IMG/VR virus record: IMGVR_UViG_3300042363_000610
Coordinates: 1 to 48,555 of that record
Strand: one strand, 5' to 3'
Source of the DNA: a virus
Taxonomy: Duplodnaviria > Caudoviricetes
Length of the DNA: 48,555 bases
Part shown: positions 44,092 through 48,555 of the stretch, in pieces
Numbering within the stretch: the stretch's first letter is position 1
How the letters are laid out: every line of letters begins with the position of its first letter
Program-made: the position numbers and the translations under genes
Notes under the pieces: generated by a model
The model's database searches: none
Told to the model about the DNA's origin: nothing
Seen by the model: the letters and a program-made list of their open reading frames with translations, nothing else

Positions 44092-44643
44092 ATGTCAAGA
44101 GCGCGTAACCTTGCGAACCTCGGTGATGGGTCTGGCACGTTCAAGATCGGTGACACGATCTGGTCCAGCCGCTCTGCCGCGCCCGCTCAATGGCTGGCCT
44201 GCGACGGTGCTGCTGTCAGCCGCACGACCTATGCCGCGCTGTTCACGGCCATCGGGACGGCTTACGGCATTGGTGACGGGTCAACCACATTCAACCTCCC
44301 TGACGCGCGGGGCCGGTCGCCTGTTGGTGCTGGTCAAGGGCCTAGCCTGACAAACAGGGCGCGCGGCGATACTGGCGGCGCTGAAAGCCATACGCTGACC
44401 GAAGCGCAAATGCCGCTGCACGGGCATCCTTTCTTTGCAAGCTACGCCACACAGTCAACCGCTAACAGCACGTCCACGGGCGGCTTCATGACAAACTCAG
44501 GCGGCACGTCTTCGCGGGCGGCTTATACCGGCGCTGTTTCTGGAACCCAAGGGCAACAGATCGGCGGCACGGGCGGCGGCGCGGCTCACAACAACATGCA
44601 GCCGTTCATCGCCATGAACTGCTTTATCTACGCTGGCATCTGA
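44092..44643 (+). CDS. Tail collar domain protein (short fibre)
   Basis: WLACDGAAVSRTTYAALFTAIGTAYGIGDGSTTFNLPDARGR...AHNNMQP. Confidence 0.9.
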   Translation: MSRARNLANLGDGSGTFKIGDTIWSSRSAAPAQWLACDGAAVSRTTYAALFTAIGTAYGIGDGSTTFNLPDARGRSPVGAGQGPSLTNRARGDTGGAESHTLTEAQMPLHGHPFFASYATQSTANSTSTGGFMTNSGGTSSRAAYTGAVSGTQGQQIGGTGGGAAHNNMQPFIAMNCFIYAGI

Positions 44644-44661
44644 TACGGGGGTGATCTGTGA

Positions 44662-45096
44662 ATGGACTTCGACAAGAAAACTTTCTTTCAGGATACTCCC
44701 GTGTCTGACTTGACCGATGTCCTGATGATCCTTGGCCGTGTGCAGGAAGGCGTTGAACGTCTGCGGCAGGATTTTGGCGAAGAGAAAGCGCAGGCGTCTC
44801 AGTCGCGCAAGCTGCTCTATGAGCGGCAGGATGAAATGCGCGGCGATCTGTCGAACCTGAAGCAGGACATCGACATGACTGCGCTGGTCACGGCGCAAAA
44901 GCTGGGCGATCTGACGAAGGAACTGACAGATCACAAGTTGGCCGTTCAACCTTCTATCGATGAATGGAAGAGGATCAGGACGCTCGGGATCGGCATCACT
45001 GGCGTTCTGGCAATCGGTGGCCTGTCGGTCGGCGCAATGCTGTCGATGGGGCTGGATGCGTTTAGGACCGCGCTGCGGTCGTGGCTTGGAGGCTGA
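44662..45096 (+). CDS. Coiled coil + C-terminal TM protein (DUF1515-like), lysis module
   Basis: VQPSIDEWKRIRTLGIG followed by a TM helix. Confidence 0.7.
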   Translation: MDFDKKTFFQDTPVSDLTDVLMILGRVQEGVERLRQDFGEEKAQASQSRKLLYERQDEMRGDLSNLKQDIDMTALVTAQKLGDLTKELTDHKLAVQPSIDEWKRIRTLGIGITGVLAIGGLSVGAMLSMGLDAFRTALRSWLGG

Positions 45097-45097
45097 T

Positions 45098-45304
45098 ATG
45101 AAGATCGTGACGAATGCCCGTTCGGCGTGGCGCTGGTTCTCTGTGCAGGCCGCTGCGCTGGTGGCGATTATCCCTATGGCGTGGTCGCAACTCCCGCCCG
45201 AAAGTCAGGCGCTGGTGCCGGAAGAATACCGCCCGTGGGTGATTACCGTGGTCGCGGTTGCCGGGATCATCGGGCGGCTGATCGATCAGGGCGGTGAGAA
45301 ATGA
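45098..45304 (+). CDS. Putative holin (2 TM)
   Basis: MKIVTNARSAWRWFSVQ...GRLIDQ; GGAGG SD. Confidence 0.75.
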   Translation: MKIVTNARSAWRWFSVQAAALVAIIPMAWSQLPPESQALVPEEYRPWVITVVAVAGIIGRLIDQGGEK

Positions 45305-45663
45305 TCCGCTGGCTGCTGTCATGGCTGGGCGGTGGTATCCTGGATCGGGCGCTGAATACGGTGGATCGGAAGATCGCCGCTGAAACCGACCGCGAAGCCC
45401 TGAAGGCTCAGGTGATCTTGGAACACTACCGGCAACGGGCATCATGGATGCGGGCCGGTGGGTTCTGGCTGATGGTCATGTTCGCCGGGCCGCTGGCGCT
45501 GTGGTGGGCCGCTGTGCTGGTTTATTCGGTGCTGTGGTGCCAGGGGTGCGCCTATCCGCAAGAGTGGACGATTGCCGCGCTGCCTGCGCCTCTGAACGAA
45601 TGGGCCGGTATGATCGTGCTGTCGATCTTCGGCGTGATCGGCTTGGACCGGTTTAGGAAGTAG
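45301..45663 (+). CDS. Membrane protein, 3TM-holin-like
   Basis: Amphipathic N-terminus, helical linker and two TM segments; ALPAPLNEWAGMIVLSIFG. Confidence 0.7.
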   Translation: MIRWLLSWLGGGILDRALNTVDRKIAAETDREALKAQVILEHYRQRASWMRAGGFWLMVMFAGPLALWWAAVLVYSVLWCQGCAYPQEWTIAALPAPLNEWAGMIVLSIFGVIGLDRFRK

Positions 45664-45681
45664 GGGGGCGACCCCCCCCTA
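45661..45681. terminator. Hairpin between convergent late and leftward operons
   Basis: TAGGGGGG-CGAC-CCCCCCTA. Confidence 0.6.
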
Positions 45682-45698
45682 CGTTGTCATCTTCGGCT

Positions 45699-46085
45699 TC
45701 ACTCGTCTTCGGGGAAAACGGGAATGGGAACGTTGAAGCCCTTCAGTGCTGTTTCCTCGCCGCTCTTATCGGCGATGCACATCGTGATTTCCCATTTCGA
45801 TGCGGGCTGTCCAGCCTCCAAGATCAGCGCCTCGTTGTAAGGTGCCAACTCAACAGAGAGAAAGTCTTGGATGATGTAAACCGTATTGCTCTCACGCGGT
45901 TTCCCTGCCTGATAGCAGACAACTTCATCTTCAAAGTCAGCGTTGACCTTTTTCATCACAAGGGCGAACAACCGAAGATCGATAATGGCTTCAACATGCG
46001 CGCCGTTTTCCGTTGATCCGACACAGCGAAGTGCCGGGAATGCCCCCTGATACAGGCTGGGTCCGTTATGGTTAGCTTCTGACAT
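45699..46085 (-). CDS. Hypothetical protein (lower-GC moron-like)
   Basis: 128 aa, AAGGAG SD, AT-richer codon usage. Confidence 0.7.
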   Translation of the reverse strand: MSEANHNGPSLYQGAFPALRCVGSTENGAHVEAIIDLRLFALVMKKVNADFEDEVVCYQAGKPRESNTVYIIQDFLSVELAPYNEALILEAGQPASKWEITMCIADKSGEETALKGFNVPIPVFPEDE

Positions 46086-46155
46086 CGCTCGTTCTCCTTA
46101 TGAGCGGTTTCTGTTTGCACTGGTTACACACTAACCTGCTTGGGCCTTGTGGCCC

Positions 46156-46476
46156 CTACAGGTATTTCTTCAGATCGGCGATCTGGCTGATGGCCTTATC
46201 GGTCAGCACCAGGGCGCATGATCCGTTCTCGGTCGGTCGCTCGGCGATCAAGCCCATGGTCTTCATGGCGGCGGCAACGTGAACCTTCGACCGAAGGGGC
46301 GACTTCGCAAGCATAGTCTTGCCGTCTTCGTATCGGACGCGGTTCGCCTCCATTTCGTCAAGCATCGCGATCACGTCATCCTTGAACCGGCGCAGGATCG
46401 AACGCGCGCCTGATACGGTATAGGGATCGTGATAATGGCCGCTGGCGTTGTGGCGTTCGGGGGTGAGGAATTCCAT
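46156..46476 (-). CDS. Hypothetical protein, possible winged helix
   Basis: ATG at 46476 with GAGG SD; MKTMGLI...LVLTDKA. Confidence 0.7.
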   Translation of the reverse strand: MEFLTPERHNASGHYHDPYTVSGARSILRRFKDDVIAMLDEMEANRVRYEDGKTMLAKSPLRSKVHVAAAMKTMGLIAERPTENGSCALVLTDKAISQIADLKKYL

Positions 46477-46520
46477 AGGTGCCTCGGAATTGTGGAAAGG
46501 GGCCGAAGCCCCCTCCGGTT

Positions 46521-46895
46521 TCATTCTGCTACTGCGGGGATCACGTCATCGGCGAAGTCAGGATCGGACAGATCAGCCGGGGTGTCGGGAAACGCGGGCA
46601 GTTCTTCGGCTGTCGGAACGAAGCCCATGCCTGCCGACGATCCGTCGCCTTCGCCAAGGATAACGGCGGGATCGGCCTCGGGCGCTGCGGCTGCGGGCGC
46701 TGCCTGTTCGACACGGCGGGTCTTCGCCTCGGTCTTGATCTCGACATCCTGCGCTGCCTTCAGAAGCGGCGCATAGTCGCCCGTCTCATGGGCCTGCTTC
46801 ACGATGGACAGGGCGGCGAACTGCTCGTCCAGCGTCTTGCCGGTGGGCAGGGCGGCGCGGATGGTGATCGCGATGATGTTCTGGTTCGTGGCCAT
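46521..46895 (-). CDS. Hypothetical protein with acidic tail
   Basis: 124 aa, AAGGA SD. Confidence 0.75.
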   Translation of the reverse strand: MATNQNIIAITIRAALPTGKTLDEQFAALSIVKQAHETGDYAPLLKAAQDVEIKTEAKTRRVEQAAPAAAAPEADPAVILGEGDGSSAGMGFVPTAEELPAFPDTPADLSDPDFADDVIPAVAE

Positions 46896-46923
46896 GTGTT
46901 TTCCTTTCGATGGCTGGTTGAAA

Positions 46924-47250
46924 TCAGGAAAGGGAGTTGACGAAGGTAGTGCGCGGATACGTCGGCATTTTCCCCGTCATGTTGATATGCGCGGCTTGTG
47001 TCGCGGTGGGCTTTGCCATTTTATCCCATCTGCGAAGATCAGCGCGGCGTTGCTGCCGCGTCTTTTCCGGCGCGGGCGCGTCCTTCAGCCGGTCGGCCTG
47101 GGCCTTGCGGTGCGCTGCCAGTCGGTCGATGGCGCGCGCTTTGCCGGGGCCGGGCTTGTCGCTCTTGGCCCCTGATCCGAAGTATCCGACCGGGATGCCC
47201 ATCAGCATGTTGAAGTTTGCCGCCAACTTATCGAAGAACTTCATGCTCAT
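46924..47250 (-). CDS. Hypothetical basic protein
   Basis: ATG at 47250 overlaps the upstream stop; TRQQRRA motif. Confidence 0.7.
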   Translation of the reverse strand: MSMKFFDKLAANFNMLMGIPVGYFGSGAKSDKPGPGKARAIDRLAAHRKAQADRLKDAPAPEKTRQQRRADLRRWDKMAKPTATQAAHINMTGKMPTYPRTTFVNSLS

Positions 47251-47414
47251 TCCTTCCTTGTGTGAGCGTTTTCGTAGGTCTTCCATGCCGCCCAACTGTC
47301 AAAGCCATGCAGGCGGGCGGCGCGGTTCTCTGCTTCGGTGCGGCTGATGCCTTCACCTTCCTGGATGATCGCCGCGCGTTCTTCGATCAGGTCGGCGATG
47401 TCAGGCGGTGTCAT
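47247..47414 (-). CDS. Small EERAAI-motif phage protein (55 aa, not in ORF track)
   Basis: MTPPDIADLIEERAAIIQEGEGISRTEAENRAARLHG...; ATGA overlaps on both sides. Confidence 0.75.
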   Translation of the reverse strand: MTPPDIADLIEERAAIIQEGEGISRTEAENRAARLHGFDSWAAWKTYENAHTRKE

Positions 47415-47977
47415 GCCGGAACCGAAACGCCAGCTTCGCGCAGCGCGGAAATGATGACACTAAGGGGGACCGTCTGGGTGCCAAGCTTGAACGTTCCCGC
47501 AGTCGTGTCGGCTTTGGCAATCGGCTGCTGGCGAATGTGGGTGACTGGCTTGGCGGACATCTCCTGCTCAATGGCCGCGCGCTGCTCAGACAGACTGAGG
47601 ATCGCGCCTCCAATGGGGAACATCCGCTTGAAGTCTGTGGTCGCCATTTTGCGCCACGACCCCCGGCGTTCTACGATCTGGCCCTTCTCGACCGTAAGCC
47701 AACTGATCGGGTTGTCAGAGGCGATACCCCGCTGGACTTCGGGGGGCCTGCCGCAGATGTGAGGCAAAAGGGTGGACGCCTTTGCCATTGCCATGACGAC
47801 TTCAGGGATCAGCTTGCCGTTGGCGACTTCCTTGTAGTTTTTGAACATCGGGTCGCGGTGCAAGTAGTGCTTCGGCAGCTTTGCAAGGTATTCGCAGATC
47901 GTCTTGAAGTTGTGGGAGATGTCTCCCAAAAGTTCTTCGATCTTTTGCACGATCTGTGCTTCAGAGCGTTCAATCAT
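47411..47977 (-). CDS. Hypothetical protein
   Basis: 188 aa, overlaps the stop of the repeat protein. Confidence 0.75.
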   Translation of the reverse strand: MIERSEAQIVQKIEELLGDISHNFKTICEYLAKLPKHYLHRDPMFKNYKEVANGKLIPEVVMAMAKASTLLPHICGRPPEVQRGIASDNPISWLTVEKGQIVERRGSWRKMATTDFKRMFPIGGAILSLSEQRAAIEQEMSAKPVTHIRQQPIAKADTTAGTFKLGTQTVPLSVIISALREAGVSVPA

Positions 47978-48555
47978 CTTTGTTGTCCTTCAGTTTGGAG
48001 ATGACGTGGGTGATGTGTAGGGCGGCGGTAGCGGGGCCTTTGGAGCGGTGGTAGGCGCGGTTCCGTTCCAACTCTTTCTCCCGGTTGGCTTCGTGGTAGG
48101 CGCGTTTCCGTTCCAAATCCTTCTCTCGGTTGGCTTCGCGGTAGGCGCGGTTCCATTCCGCCACTTTCTCCCGGTTGGCTTCGCGGTAGGCGCGGCTCCG
48201 TTCCGCCACTTTCTCCCGGTTGGCTTCGTGGTAGGCGCGGCTCCGTTCCGCCACTTTCTCCCGGTTGGCTTCGTGGTAGGCGCGTTTCCGTTCCGCCACT
48301 TTCTCCCGGTTGGCTTCGCGGTAGGCGCGGCGATACTCCAACACCTTCTCTCGGTTGGCTTCGCGGTAGGCGCGGTTCCGTTCCGCCACTTTCTCCCGGT
48401 TGGCTTCGTGGTAGGCGCGGTTCCGTTCCGCCACTTTCTCCCGGTTGGCTTCGCGGTAGGCGCGGTCTTTCTCTGCCACTTTCTCCCGGTTGGCTTCGTG
48501 GTAGGCGCGGTTCCGTTCCGCCACTTTCTCCCGGTTGGCTTCGCGGTAGGCGCGG
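47970..48555 (-). CDS. C-terminal part of the Zn-finger + 15-aa repeat protein (continues from 298..1)
   Basis: About 11 repeats of AY(R/H)EANREKVAERxR, then a unique C-terminus. Full length is 268 aa (77-bp overlap) or 238 aa (167-bp overlap). Confidence 0.85.
   Translation of the reverse strand, partial: RAYREANREKVAERNRAYHEANREKVAEKDRAYREANREKVAERNRAYHEANREKVAERNRAYREANREKVLEYRRAYREANREKVAERKRAYHEANREKVAERSRAYHEANREKVAERSRAYREANREKVAEWNRAYREANREKDLERKRAYHEANREKELERNRAYHRSKGPATAALHITHVISKLKDNKDD
48048..48555. repeat. 45-bp coding tandem repeat (right portion)
   Basis: About 11 near-identical units; variation is concentrated in a few codons. Confidence 0.95.

Larger units (their letters stand above)
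1..48555. mobile_element. Complete circular temperate phage genome (BPP-1/epsilon15-like podovirus, dusA-integrating), in excised/attP form
   Basis: Full set of lysogeny, recombination, replication, packaging, podovirus virion and lysis genes. The ends overlap (1-77 = 48479-48555; 1-167 = 48389-48555). attP is intact and internal, and no host genes flank the element. Confidence 0.93.

Noticed and set aside
41678-45663. BPP-1-type diversity-generating retroelement
   Set aside because: No reverse transcriptase, no avd and no TR/VR pair differing at adenines were seen.
48048-48555. CRISPR array
   Set aside because: The 45-bp units are contiguous with no unique spacers, keep a reading frame and have no cas genes; this is a coding tandem repeat.

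Overview
The window is a complete, circularly assembled, GC-rich temperate phage genome of about 48.4 kb. Its ends overlap by 77 or 167 identical bp inside a 45-bp coding tandem repeat. The virion module is podovirus-like and resembles BPP-1/epsilon15: TerS, TerL, portal, scaffold, major capsid, cement, tail tubular A and B, GNAT, three ejection proteins, tail fibres and holin-like genes. It also has a lambda-like cI/cro switch, a leftward RecE/RecT operon and a rightward replication operon (SF2 helicase, SSB, ExoX-like nuclease, VRR-NUC, DNA methylase, primase-helicase). The host is probably an alphaproteobacterium of the Rhodobacteraceae type (inference). Main observations: (1) a dusA-associated integrase next to an intact attP carrying a replacement 5' end of host dusA (MNTAAEGLRAQHRFSVAPMMD); (2) a 2597-aa ejection/polyvalent protein with two tandem ADP-ribosyltransferase-like domains and an HExxH motif; (3) a genome-wide 17-bp operator and a separate candidate late-promoter motif; (4) an endolysin far from the holins, with an RBS-occluding hairpin, followed by an alpha-r8/MmgR-like small RNA; (5) a Zn-finger plus 15-aa-repeat gene crossing the contig junction; (6) short direct repeats at module boundaries in the accessory early genes. 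All family assignments come from recognising motifs by eye; no database search was run.
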